Source of the DNA: a virus
Direction: 5' to 3' (one strand)
DNA: 64,000 nucleotides
IMG/VR virus record: IMGVR_UViG_3300025141_000031
A program made the translations under genes and the position numbers. This document shows positions 20,477 to 29,924 of this stretch, piece by piece (position 1 is the first letter of the stretch; each line of letters opens with the position of its first letter). The notes beneath the pieces were generated by a model. It was not told the DNA's origin and ran no database searches. It worked only from the letters and a program-made list of their open reading frames with translations.

Positions 20477-21073
20477 TTATATTAATTCGTTAGTTATTTC
20501 TAAATCTAGTTCCGCGGAACATTCTACTTTTGGCTCATTCTTCATCCATCTACCAAACTCTGTATTGAAGGTATGAGTATCTTTCATTTCATTCCATCTA
20601 TCCGTATGGTATGTTTCATTATGATGATTTGGACCACTTGGACCATTAGGTCTTAAGTTATGCATTTTAGTTTTATACTTATCAATCTGCGTAGCACAAT
20701 TAATACTACCTTTATAACCTATGATTGAATCTTTATCATAACCCCTAGCATCTTTCCAATTATCTTCAACTTGCGTCCAGGTTGTTATTTTTCTAACATT
20801 ACAAATATCTTTTAAGCTATAAGAATAACATAAAGGTAAATCCGTATATTCATCTCTAGCATTAACTGATATTCCATCACATGATAATAATGAAATAAAT
20901 GATGATTCTGATATTGTTGTTTTAGAACCTTTTGCGACCATTAATTGTCCTGGTTCGTCTGATGTTGTACCTTGAGTTGCGGTTGGGTCAATATAACCAT
21001 GATGGTCAAGATATACTACTGCAAATATATCTTTGTTAAACGTAATTTCGTAACTAATTTTTTCTCTATTCAT
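20477..21073 (-). CDS. Hypothetical early protein
   Basis: 198 aa, downstream of tandem promoters and a leader hairpin. Confidence 0.6.
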   Translation of the reverse strand: MNREKISYEITFNKDIFAVVYLDHHGYIDPTATQGTTSDEPGQLMVAKGSKTTISESSFISLLSCDGISVNARDEYTDLPLCYSYSLKDICNVRKITTWTQVEDNWKDARGYDKDSIIGYKGSINCATQIDKYKTKMHNLRPNGPSGPNHHNETYHTDRWNEMKDTHTFNTEFGRWMKNEPKVECSAELDLEITNELI

Positions 21074-21093
21074 TTTTCAATTTTTAATTTTTT

Positions 21094-21113
21094 GATCTAC
21101 TTATGGCTAGATC
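21094..21113 (-). promoter_or_regulatory. Leader stem-loop, copy 1
   Basis: GATCTA-GCCATAAG-TAGATC on the - strand; matches the copy at 28174-28195. Confidence 0.7.
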
Positions 21114-21131
21114 TCCCTCCTTTTTATATAC

Positions 21132-21280
21132 TATAAAGATAAGAAAAAAATCTCATATATCCTAATCTTTTTGAAGCTTTTTTTAACTTTTTTTCATCTT
21201 TTATATCTAATTAACTAATTAATTATATATAAAGATAAGAAAAAAATCTCATATATCCTAATCTTTTTGAAGCTTTTTTT
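21132..21280 (-). repeat. 53 bp perfect direct repeat, each copy containing a class I promoter
   Basis: 21132-21184 is identical to 21228-21280; TTAGGA-N18-TATCTT in each. Confidence 0.9.
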
Positions 21281-21288
21281 CAGAAAAG

Positions 21289-21660
21289 TTACCCTAAATC
21301 TATTTCTTTTTCTAATCGTATACCTGGTAATGTTACTGACCATTTTTTTAATTCTTGATGTGTTTCACCAAATTCATCTTCATCTTGTTCTTCGCCATAA
21401 CAATCAATATATGAGTTTATATTTTCCTTAACTAATAAATCATAAATCTCTTTGGCTACCTGTCCATTTATTGTATCAATATATGGTTCGACCCAACATT
21501 CATCCATAGATATACCACAATATGTAAATTTAACTGATGATTCTTTGTTTACAAGACTTGCTATATGATTACAAAAATGTAAAAACTTTTTTACATCTTT
21601 CCATTGTTCACTCGAGGATTCTTTAATCACTCCATCTGAGGTGTATTGATCGTGTTTCAT
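21289..21660 (-). CDS. Hypothetical acidic protein
   Basis: 123 aa ORF directly after nrdJ. Confidence 0.55.
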   Translation of the reverse strand: MKHDQYTSDGVIKESSSEQWKDVKKFLHFCNHIASLVNKESSVKFTYCGISMDECWVEPYIDTINGQVAKEIYDLLVKENINSYIDCYGEEQDEDEFGETHQELKKWSVTLPGIRLEKEIDLG

Positions 21661-21662
21661 TT

Positions 21663-23519
21663 TTATACTATTTCACATGCACCACCTGCACATGCTAATT
21701 CACCTTTAAGATTTGTTTCATCATCTTCTTCAATAATATCAGATAAATTAATACTTGTTAATGAACCCATCATTCTTTCATATATTTCTTCATCAATATC
21801 TTCAAATGGAGCTTGTGTATATGAACCTCCATCATATGGTAATACTGCCAATCCGTTATAATAATTTTTATTTTCCCATAACCATTCGCCAGCTGCATCC
21901 CATTCATGATCTCTTAATGATATTGTTGCAGATATATTATGAGTATTATTTCCAGATCTATGTCCTGGTTTTATCCATTCTTTAGCTACTTTTTTGACTC
22001 TATCTAAAAGTTGAAAAGGTGATTCTGTTCTCATGATAGCACCTTCTGGAGCTTTTTGTGGTATTTCAATTACTGCTGTATCATGTGGTCTGAAATATTC
22101 GTCTGCAACTAATTCTGGATGATGTTTATTTAAGTGTTGGTATATTGATTCATTCTTACCAACCCTTATTCTACGAATATAATAATCATTATGCCATGCA
22201 TGAATACCAGATGATGTTCCTAATGTTAATGATGTTGTTCCTGCTGGTTTTACTGTTGTAGTTCTTGCAGCTCTATTTATTCCAATTAGTTTTGCAACTC
22301 TAATATTTTCTTCTTTTACAATTTTTGCTGCAGCTTTCATATCATATCCTAGAACTGTACCAGAACCTATACCTGTCATTGAAACGCCTATAAGTGCTTC
22401 TTTTTCTGTTGTTCTTTGCCAAACTGGTCTTAAATAATGGAATTCTGTATAACCTGCTTGGAGTGTTCCAATAAATGCTGCTGTACTAACTCTTTCATTT
22501 AAGTCGTCTTGTGATTCTATATTTGAAACATTTACTTCACATAGATTACAAAATTGAAACGGTCTTAATGCAATTTCGCAACAAGGGTTTGTTCCCCAAT
22601 CTTTATCATTACTTAAATATATTCCTGGTTCTCCTGCTCCTGATAATTCAACTCTTTTCCATAAATCCATAAAAAAGTCTTTTGTAACTCTATGTCTCAT
22701 TAAAACTGCTGAATTATTTGCTCTACCTCTTTGTGAATTTAATTCCCACCAGTTTCCAGTTTTACATGAAATCATTTCGTCATCATCAGCACTAAATAGA
22801 CTAATTAAAGCTGCTCTTCTAATACCTCCTGCTAATACTGCATCAGCAATATAACATACAATATCATGTACTTCTAAACATGATAATTTATCTCCATCAT
22901 TCTTTTCATGTAACATTCCTTTAATTTTAACTAAACATTCTTTTAGTGGTTGAGGTCCTGGAGCTTTTCCTCCTGATGTAACAAGTCGTGCACCTTTTGG
23001 TCTAATGTCTGTAAAATCGAATTTAATAGTTGAGCCATCAAAGAAATATGATTTCATTAAAATCTTTACTGCATCAGCCCAACCTTCAATTGAATCAGCA
23101 ATTAAAAATCTACGTTTTCTGTTTGGATTTGGTTTTCTAATTTCTGGTAGTTCTTCTACATGATGTTTTTGAACTGAATAACCAACACCTGTTCCACCTA
23201 ATAATAAGAACATTGTTTCACTAAATGCGCGCCAATCATCAATTGGTAAATAAGCACAATTAAACACTCTATTAGGAGATATCTCAATAGGCTTTCCAGC
23301 AAATTGCATTGACCTCATAGATGGAAGTACTTTTTTCTTAAGTACTAATTTATACGCTTTCATAATCTCATCATGTAACTCAGGATATTTTTTTAAGTGC
23401 ATTTTTCTATTTCGTGTAACTAGTTCTGTCCAAGTTTCTCTTCTATTCTTATTTGGTAAGAATTTTGCATACTTCATATAAACTGTGATTTCTGAAAGTA
23501 TTTTTGTAGATATGTCCAT
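21663..23519 (-). CDS. nrdJ: Class II (B12-dependent) ribonucleotide reductase
   Basis: LPSMR, FNC, GTGVG, GGIRRAA, TNPCCEI, VKPAGT, C-terminal CAGGAC; no beta subunit nearby. Confidence 0.9.
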   Translation of the reverse strand: MDISTKILSEITVYMKYAKFLPNKNRRETWTELVTRNRKMHLKKYPELHDEIMKAYKLVLKKKVLPSMRSMQFAGKPIEISPNRVFNCAYLPIDDWRAFSETMFLLLGGTGVGYSVQKHHVEELPEIRKPNPNRKRRFLIADSIEGWADAVKILMKSYFFDGSTIKFDFTDIRPKGARLVTSGGKAPGPQPLKECLVKIKGMLHEKNDGDKLSCLEVHDIVCYIADAVLAGGIRRAALISLFSADDDEMISCKTGNWWELNSQRGRANNSAVLMRHRVTKDFFMDLWKRVELSGAGEPGIYLSNDKDWGTNPCCEIALRPFQFCNLCEVNVSNIESQDDLNERVSTAAFIGTLQAGYTEFHYLRPVWQRTTEKEALIGVSMTGIGSGTVLGYDMKAAAKIVKEENIRVAKLIGINRAARTTTVKPAGTTSLTLGTSSGIHAWHNDYYIRRIRVGKNESIYQHLNKHHPELVADEYFRPHDTAVIEIPQKAPEGAIMRTESPFQLLDRVKKVAKEWIKPGHRSGNNTHNISATISLRDHEWDAAGEWLWENKNYYNGLAVLPYDGGSYTQAPFEDIDEEIYERMMGSLTSINLSDIIEEDDETNLKGELACAGGACEIV

Positions 23520-23663
23520 TTTATTTACCTTTTTTGTTTAATTCTTTGTTTATAACGTAAAAAAAGTTGTAACCTTAATTTTACGACTCATCCTAATTTC
23601 ATATATAAATATGAAGCGCAGATGCATTCATGAACGATTTTGACGTAAAAAGTTTAACGTTTT

Positions 23664-25019
23664 TTACTCAAAACCTTCGTTTTGTATTTCTTGGTATTTA
23701 CGTGATAATAATTTTCTCGTAAGCTCATTACCACCATCCATTTGCTTCTGTGTATCCTTTCCTCCTACAGATGTTTCTGCATATAAATGAAACTGCCCAT
23801 TTGAAGTATTCATTTTTGATGGTAACGTTATACCATCAGGTCCAAATCTATTTTTAATAACATGCCATCTTCCAGTTCCTGCTAATTTATCCGCAACCTT
23901 TCTTGATAATGATAATACAAAATCTGCAACCATTACCTTACCATATGATTCAGATATTTTACTTGCATCAATAACATCTTCTTCTAATGCCGATCTATTA
24001 GCTTGGGATGCTGTCCAAACTGGTATATCGTATTCTCCTGCCATTCCTCTTAAGTCTTCGTATATACCTTCCAACTCATGTCTTTTTTCTTGACCATGTC
24101 CTCTTAACAAATCTGCATAATCAACTATAATTACATCAGGTTTCTTATCTTGCATTATACATTTTTCAACATGAGCTCTAATTCCCATTACAGAAACTGA
24201 TTTTGTTGGATAATGTTTAATGATTAACTCGCCTGTTAATTTACTTATTTGTTCTTTTATATCTTCCTGATAATGTTTTAGATTTTGATTTGCAATTCCT
24301 GTTATAACTGAATCATATCTTAATCCAACATATGCTTCATTTAACTCTAATGTATAATGTAATACTGTTTTACCTTTTTTAACTAAATGAGCTCCGACAT
24401 TCATTAATGCCCAAGATTTACCAATACCAGCTGGAGCTACCATTACTCCTAGCTCTCCTTTACCTATTCCTCCATCTGTTAATTCATTTATAACTTCCCA
24501 TGGCGTTTCTTGTACATCTCGTACTGCTTCTGTGTACCTTTCATCTATTTGAGTCATATAATCATGACCAATATCTTTGTCTGCGCCTGCCTTTAAGGCT
24601 TCATCAACTTTAGCTTTTATTCCATCATAATCACCTTGTTTTAATAATTCTACTGATGATAATATAGCCTTTTTGATTTCTTGATTTTTACAGAAATCCA
24701 TTGCCTGATCTTTAATATATTCTAGATCTGGAGACTCTGTATATTTCCATGCATCTTTAAGATGAGATATAATTTGTTCTTTTAGTATATCATGATCAAC
24801 TTTTTCAAGCTTTACTTTCATTACTTCTAATGTCGGAGATGATTTATATTCTTTATGATATTCTAAAATTGTATCTATAATCCAACTGTTGGCATCTGAT
24901 TCAAAATATGATGATAACATAATATCTGAAATTTGCTCCAGAAAACTTTTATCTACAAGTAATGCTGTTATTACTTTAATCTGAAATGCGTAACCGTACG
25001 AACTTAATCTATCTGTCAT
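23664..25019 (-). CDS. Replicative DnaB-family helicase (T4 gp41-like)
   Basis: APAGIGKS, TLEL, IVDYAD, TASQANR, KNRFG. Confidence 0.93.
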   Translation of the reverse strand: MTDRLSSYGYAFQIKVITALLVDKSFLEQISDIMLSSYFESDANSWIIDTILEYHKEYKSSPTLEVMKVKLEKVDHDILKEQIISHLKDAWKYTESPDLEYIKDQAMDFCKNQEIKKAILSSVELLKQGDYDGIKAKVDEALKAGADKDIGHDYMTQIDERYTEAVRDVQETPWEVINELTDGGIGKGELGVMVAPAGIGKSWALMNVGAHLVKKGKTVLHYTLELNEAYVGLRYDSVITGIANQNLKHYQEDIKEQISKLTGELIIKHYPTKSVSVMGIRAHVEKCIMQDKKPDVIIVDYADLLRGHGQEKRHELEGIYEDLRGMAGEYDIPVWTASQANRSALEEDVIDASKISESYGKVMVADFVLSLSRKVADKLAGTGRWHVIKNRFGPDGITLPSKMNTSNGQFHLYAETSVGGKDTQKQMDGGNELTRKLLSRKYQEIQNEGFE

Positions 25020-25024
25020 ACTTT

Positions 25025-25054
25025 AATATAATAATTTTTTTTCTAATATCCTAA
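25025..25054 (-). promoter_or_regulatory. Class I promoter (helicase)
   Basis: TTAGGA-N18-TATATT, 5 nt before the ATG. Confidence 0.75.
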
Positions 25055-26121
25055 TCTTTTCGCATCTGAATATATGCGTTAAGAGTATTGAAGGAAGTTG
25101 CTAACCATGTATCTAAATCTTTTATAACTGTATACATTTTGTCAGCCATAAACATCTTCTTAAATTGGAATGTATTTAATTTATCTACTGGACCTGTAAC
25201 CTTGTCATGTATCATCATCTTTATAGAACCAGCAATATCAACCTCTTTGAGTTGCATAAGATTATGGTTCAAGTCTACCTGGTCCTCTGATTCTACTACG
25301 GACTTATAGATTTTGTAGCGTCCTTCATCTACTCCATCTTTTGCATGATTTATAATTTCATGTATCTTTACTTCCCTATTTTCTGTAACCATTGGAAAGA
25401 ATTTCTTAAGTGATTTCAATGCAACTCCCTTCACTCCAGGAATATTATCTGATTTATCTCCTAAGAATGTTCTATATAATAAATAGTTAGAAGCATTAAT
25501 TCCAAATTCCTCTTGCATTAATCTTGGATTATACATTTTCTTTTTAATTGGGCTCCAAACAGATATTCTATCATTTACTAATTGCAAAAAGTCTCTATCA
25601 GTAGATACAATTTGTACTTTCTGATTTGTTTCTGTATACACTTCATTTGCAATATATGCTATTGCATCATCAGCTTCAATATTATCAACTGCTAACATTG
25701 TAACTGGTAAACAATTTAGGTATTCTATTAATCTACCAAATTGTTTTCTCATAGAATCTGATTCATCTTCTTGTGAAGCAAATTCTTTATATCTGTTAAA
25801 TGCTGTTTTAACAGCTCTATTTGCTTTATAATCTGGATAAATCTTTTTTCTACGTTTTGATCCACCTTTACCATCAAAACATATAATAACTCTAGTTGGT
25901 TTTAATAATCGTATATTTGCGGCTATGGATCTTAAAAATCCTGTTACGCCTCCAATATGATCACCATCATCATTTAATGCTGGGACTGCGGAGAATACTC
26001 TAATGAAGGTATTGAGACCATCGAGTATCAATATTTTACTATTAATATCCGATGGTCTACCTTCTTGATGTTCCTTAACAACGTCTTGGAAAAATTTCTG
26101 AAGTTGTTTATGATTCTTCAC
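25051..26121 (-). CDS. 5'-3' exonuclease / flap endonuclease (T4 RNase H-like)
   Basis: ILDGLN, YKANR, EADD, STDRDFLQL, GDKSDNIPGV. Confidence 0.92.
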   Translation of the reverse strand: MKNHKQLQKFFQDVVKEHQEGRPSDINSKILILDGLNTFIRVFSAVPALNDDGDHIGGVTGFLRSIAANIRLLKPTRVIICFDGKGGSKRRKKIYPDYKANRAVKTAFNRYKEFASQEDESDSMRKQFGRLIEYLNCLPVTMLAVDNIEADDAIAYIANEVYTETNQKVQIVSTDRDFLQLVNDRISVWSPIKKKMYNPRLMQEEFGINASNYLLYRTFLGDKSDNIPGVKGVALKSLKKFFPMVTENREVKIHEIINHAKDGVDEGRYKIYKSVVESEDQVDLNHNLMQLKEVDIAGSIKMMIHDKVTGPVDKLNTFQFKKMFMADKMYTVIKDLDTWLATSFNTLNAYIQMRKD

Positions 26122-27262
26122 CTACAAAATCTTCTTCAATTTCAACATCGTCAATTCCAATATTATCACCTGGTTTGTATGTTAATATATACGCGTTACA
26201 GATAGCCTTGTATATCTCATCCTTCAATTCTGGATCGGCTTCAAGTTTACCTTGAAAGTCCTTTGATAAGAATTTTACGTCTTTACCATCTGCAGTTGTA
26301 TATGTATACCATGCACCAGCTGTACTCACCAATTTATGTTGTTTCATAACATTTAACCAGCCACCAAAATTATCTATTCCACTTTCAAAGTAAATATCAT
26401 AATCGATAGTCTTTAAAGGTGGACCCATTCTATTTTTAATAACTTGGCATCTAGTTTTGATACCAACAGTTTGATCAACGCCGTCCTTCTTAACTTTGAT
26501 CTGTCCTACTGATTTCAATCGTAACCGTACTGATGAGTGAAATGGAATTGCTTTTCCACCACTTGTTGTCCAAGGATCACCAAATGCTACACCTAGTCTT
26601 GAACGGAGCTGATTAGTAAACAATAAGGCAATTCGTTGTCTACCAATTAAGTTTGTAATCTTACGCATACCTTTTGATAATATGATAGCTTTGGACGTTG
26701 CCCAACCATCTTTATCATAGTCTGCTGCTTGTTCAATCTTTGTTGAAGCTCCCATTACTGAATCTACCACAATTGTTACCAATCGATCTTTGTTAGATTT
26801 TCTAACTGATTCAATAATACTTTCAATTGCTTCAAAGATATCCTCAATAGCATCTAATGGAACGTAGAGCATTTTTTCCAGGTCTAATCCAATCGCTTGT
26901 AGAAATTCTCTACTAACTGCATTTTCTGTATCAATATAAACGGCTAACCCACCCTGCTTTTGCGTATCCGCTAAAGCATGAGCTGCCAATAATGATTTAC
27001 CTGAAGCTTCTAATCCTGTTATCTCAGTTATTCTGCCAACTGGAAACCCTCCATTTTTTCTATTTGAGATTGCTAAGTCTAGCATAGAAGAGCCTGTACC
27101 TACCCATCCACCTACTTCACTAGGTGAATCTGTATCTCCGTCTAGGAAATATGCAACTTTATAGTTAGTATTTTTAAATTTCTTATTAAGGCCTTCTCTA
27201 ATACTTTCTCCTAAAGCCGTTGCAAGCTCGTCTGCTTGTTGTGCTTTACTTTTCTTCGCCAT
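26108..27262 (-). CDS. recA: RecA/UvsX recombinase
   Basis: GRITEITGLEASGKS, YIDTE, VVDSV, FTNQLR, TSGGKAIPF, KNR. Confidence 0.95.
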   Translation of the reverse strand: MAKKSKAQQADELATALGESIREGLNKKFKNTNYKVAYFLDGDTDSPSEVGGWVGTGSSMLDLAISNRKNGGFPVGRITEITGLEASGKSLLAAHALADTQKQGGLAVYIDTENAVSREFLQAIGLDLEKMLYVPLDAIEDIFEAIESIIESVRKSNKDRLVTIVVDSVMGASTKIEQAADYDKDGWATSKAIILSKGMRKITNLIGRQRIALLFTNQLRSRLGVAFGDPWTTSGGKAIPFHSSVRLRLKSVGQIKVKKDGVDQTVGIKTRCQVIKNRMGPPLKTIDYDIYFESGIDNFGGWLNVMKQHKLVSTAGAWYTYTTADGKDVKFLSKDFQGKLEADPELKDEIYKAICNAYILTYKPGDNIGIDDVEIEEDFVGEES

Positions 27263-27274
27263 ATATAACCTCTA

Positions 27275-28051
27275 TTATTCGTTAAACAAATCATCAAATG
27301 CCGCGCTGACATCATCGACTTTGTTTACTCCTGTTGTAACTGGTTCTTTCTTTTCTGTTGGTTCAGATGGTGTTGAAGCTGGATCTACGGTCTCTTCACC
27401 TTCTGGGTTCAACCAAGTTGCTAATGCATCTTTTAATTCATCATATGATGGCTCTTTAAATATATCGGATAAATTAGGTTGATTATCAGTAGCTGCTGTT
27501 GCAACATTACTATCTTCAGATATTGCTGATTGATTAGGTTTTACTCTAATAGTAGTCTTTGGAAACTGTCCAGCTCCTTCTGCAGGTGTAAATTCTACTA
27601 AGATATCTCTACCATTCATTGGATCTGTAATATCACCATAATCTGGATCTGCTATTACTCCTAAAAGTTCTTGATAAACTAATTTACCAAATCCCCAAAA
27701 TTTAACACCTTCTGATTCCTTACCTCTTACTATAACAGGAGCATAAGTTCTCATTTTAGGTTCCATCTTCTTACCTAATTTCCATTCATCTGAATTACCA
27801 GAAGATTTTAATTTTTCAGAAAATTCTACTACTGGATCAGGACGACCATGAGTCACCGGTGAAAGATAGTTTCTTTTACCTAAGTCATAATGAAAGTACA
27901 ATTCATTGAATGGATTGTCTTTGTTGTGCTGATAAGGTACGATTCTGATTATTTGTTTGCCTGGTTCAGGCTTCCATAAGTTTGACGTTCTGTTGTTCGT
28001 CGTTTGTAATTGATTAAGCTTTGCCTTAATCGCGTCTAAGTTAATTGCCAT
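27275..28051 (-). CDS. Single-stranded DNA-binding protein (T4 gp32-like)
   Basis: LWKP..IRIVP, VKFWGFGK, DITDP..GRD, acidic tail AFDDLFNE. Confidence 0.85.
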   Translation of the reverse strand: MAINLDAIKAKLNQLQTTNNRTSNLWKPEPGKQIIRIVPYQHNKDNPFNELYFHYDLGKRNYLSPVTHGRPDPVVEFSEKLKSSGNSDEWKLGKKMEPKMRTYAPVIVRGKESEGVKFWGFGKLVYQELLGVIADPDYGDITDPMNGRDILVEFTPAEGAGQFPKTTIRVKPNQSAISEDSNVATAATDNQPNLSDIFKEPSYDELKDALATWLNPEGEETVDPASTPSEPTEKKEPVTTGVNKVDDVSAAFDDLFNE

Positions 28052-28091
28052 TTTTTTATTCCTTTTTTTTAATGGTTAATAATTAATAATT

Positions 28092-28247
28092 AATATAACA
28101 ACTTTATTTCATTTATCCTAAGGTTTATCGAAAAAAGTTGTAAAAAAGTTTTTATTTGTTATTTTTTAATTTTGAGTTTAATTATGGCTAAACTCTAATC
28201 CTTTTTATTTATATATAAATATAATGAATATATTTCATATATCCTAA
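28092..28247 (-). promoter_or_regulatory. Two tandem class I promoters upstream of ssb
   Basis: TTAGGA-N18-TATATT at 28092-28121 and 28218-28247. Confidence 0.75.
28174..28195 (-). promoter_or_regulatory. Leader stem-loop, copy 2
   Basis: GAGTTTA-GCCATAAT-TAAACTC on the - strand; same loop as 21094-21113, different stem. Confidence 0.7.
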
Positions 28248-28259
28248 TTTATTTCAATT

Positions 28260-28859
28260 TTATCTTAATAAATCTAATAATGCTTTTGCGGCTTCATACT
28301 GTTCATCATTAGTTCCATCTATTGTAGATCTTAAATCATCATATGCATCTATAAGTTTCTCATTATTTGGATTATTATATATATCATCATAATAATCACC
28401 TAATTCATCTGTAATATCATCAGTCATATTTGTGTTGTCATCGCCTGCACCTGAATATATTGTAGCTACTACATCATAAAATTCTTCATCCGTTTCAAGA
28501 TTTCTAGCTCCTGTTGATGAAGATCTGTCATAATTAGCTTCACTGTCATTTGCATTAAACTGGATGAAAACATTATGGATATCTTTATCGAAATCAAAAT
28601 CCATTCCTACTCCTGCTGATCTTACTTCATCAGGTATTATTTTATCAAAGACAGTTATGTCATCTAAATATTTATTAAATGTCATTTTAAGTTGTTTGTC
28701 AGACGTTATTTCCACATTAGTCATCCCTAATTGTTTTAGTTTAGCATCTGCTTGTACTATTGGTAAATATGTTTCTGCATCATTTTCTGTTAATAATGTA
28801 AAATCATTGCTTCTAGTTTTACCTTCAAACAATTGTTTATATTTTTTTCCTAAATTCAT
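28260..28859 (-). CDS. Putative internal head protein with shared N-terminal leader
   Basis: Starts MNLGKKYKQLFEGKTRSNDFTLLTE, followed by an acidic body. Confidence 0.65.
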   Translation of the reverse strand: MNLGKKYKQLFEGKTRSNDFTLLTENDAETYLPIVQADAKLKQLGMTNVEITSDKQLKMTFNKYLDDITVFDKIIPDEVRSAGVGMDFDFDKDIHNVFIQFNANDSEANYDRSSSTGARNLETDEEFYDVVATIYSGAGDDNTNMTDDITDELGDYYDDIYNNPNNEKLIDAYDDLRSTIDGTNDEQYEAAKALLDLLR

Positions 28860-29871
28860 TTTGTTCCCTCTTCAAATCTATACATAATACTTGTTGGTTG
28901 TTCTTCTGAGAATTTTTTCATTACAGCAATTGTAGCATTATATTGATCTTTTGGTACTCCATCAAAACCTGAATCTTTTAATTCTTCCATTTCTTTAGAT
29001 GAAGCTACCTTGTTGCCTTTTCTAATTGCCGGAAATGCAAATATATTTATTCTGTTAATCTCATCGACCATATCTTTACCAGCCTTTGCTCCGTGAGCTA
29101 TTATAGCAAGTTGTTTTTTGAATTTTTCATCAGCCTCAGAAGAGCCTGAACTAGTTGGTTTATAATTTTCCAATTCTCCTTCAGCCCATCCTTCAAGTTC
29201 TGCTGCTACTTGTTCAGCTCCTCCATATACGCCAGATGCATCTAATGCGGCTGCTGAATCTTTATCAAATTCAAATGTAATATAATCTGGTTCTGATTTA
29301 TCTATTTTAGCTACTAAGAATTCTGGAAGTCCTTCTCCTGCCACTTCAGTATCTTTTCTATATCCTCCACCAACTTCTCCTTGGGATGTTGGAATCTGAA
29401 CTTCTGTTCCATCTTCTGCAGCAAATAAAGTTTCAAAATCAAGTGCATCTAAATCTATTACATCTTCCCAATCCATTTCATATTGAAATTCTTTAAGTAA
29501 CTTTGCATCATTTGATCTAACTTTACCTTCAAATAATTGTTTATATTTTTTACCTAAGTTCATTTTTATCCTCTTTCTACTGTCCATTTAATAGCACCAT
29601 CAGGATTAATCTTTGCACCTGTTGCAATTAAATCAGCATTAGCTTGTCCAAGCTGTTTATTAATCCATCCTAATGTATATGCAGTCCAAGCTGGTGAATT
29701 ATCTGGATGTCTTGTATCATCAAGAAATCCAAAAAACTCTTCTTGGTCTAATTGAGCTACTTTCATTATGAAAGAATCATCTACTACTTTACCTTCTTTA
29801 AGTAACTTTGAATCATTGCTTCTAGTTTTACCTTCAAACAATTGTTTATATTTTTTTCCTAAATTCATTTT
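28802..29871 (-). repeat. Dispersed direct repeat encoding the shared leader
   Basis: 28802-28862 is identical to 29811-29871 (61 bp); diverged third copy at about 29490-29565. Confidence 0.9.
28856..29563 (-). CDS. Putative internal head protein with shared N-terminal leader
   Basis: Likely start ATG 29563: MNLGKKYKQLFEGKVRSNDAKLLKE. Confidence 0.65.
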   Translation of the reverse strand: MNLGKKYKQLFEGKVRSNDAKLLKEFQYEMDWEDVIDLDALDFETLFAAEDGTEVQIPTSQGEVGGGYRKDTEVAGEGLPEFLVAKIDKSEPDYITFEFDKDSAAALDASGVYGGAEQVAAELEGWAEGELENYKPTSSGSSEADEKFKKQLAIIAHGAKAGKDMVDEINRINIFAFPAIRKGNKVASSKEMEELKDSGFDGVPKDQYNATIAVMKKFSEEQPTSIMYRFEEGTK

Positions 29872-29907
29872 TACTTCTTTTTTTTTATAATATTCGCTAT
29901 ATCCCAT
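29566..29907 (-). CDS. Putative internal head protein with shared N-terminal leader
   Basis: MNLGKKYKQLFEGKTRSNDSKLLKE from ATG 29868 (alternative start 29907). Confidence 0.65.
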   Translation of the reverse strand: MGYSEYYKKKEVKMNLGKKYKQLFEGKTRSNDSKLLKEGKVVDDSFIMKVAQLDQEEFFGFLDDTRHPDNSPAWTAYTLGWINKQLGQANADLIATGAKINPDGAIKWTVERG

Positions 29908-29924
29908 ATCATTAATAAATATGT

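Noticed and set aside
21132-21280. Possible mini CRISPR array
   Set aside because: Only two 53 bp units, non-palindromic, each a promoter. The Cas4-like nuclease is a common stand-alone phage gene and no other cas genes are present.
14308-27262. Introns or inteins in polB, nrdJ, helicase or recA
   Set aside because: Lengths are normal and motifs are contiguous; no homing endonuclease signatures seen.
29564-29587. N-terminal extensions in the track for 28856..29587, 61210..61671, 19877..20269 and 43921..44199
   Set aside because: They overlap upstream genes. Downstream ATGs coincide with the shared leader or follow the upstream stop, and the last is better explained by frameshifting.
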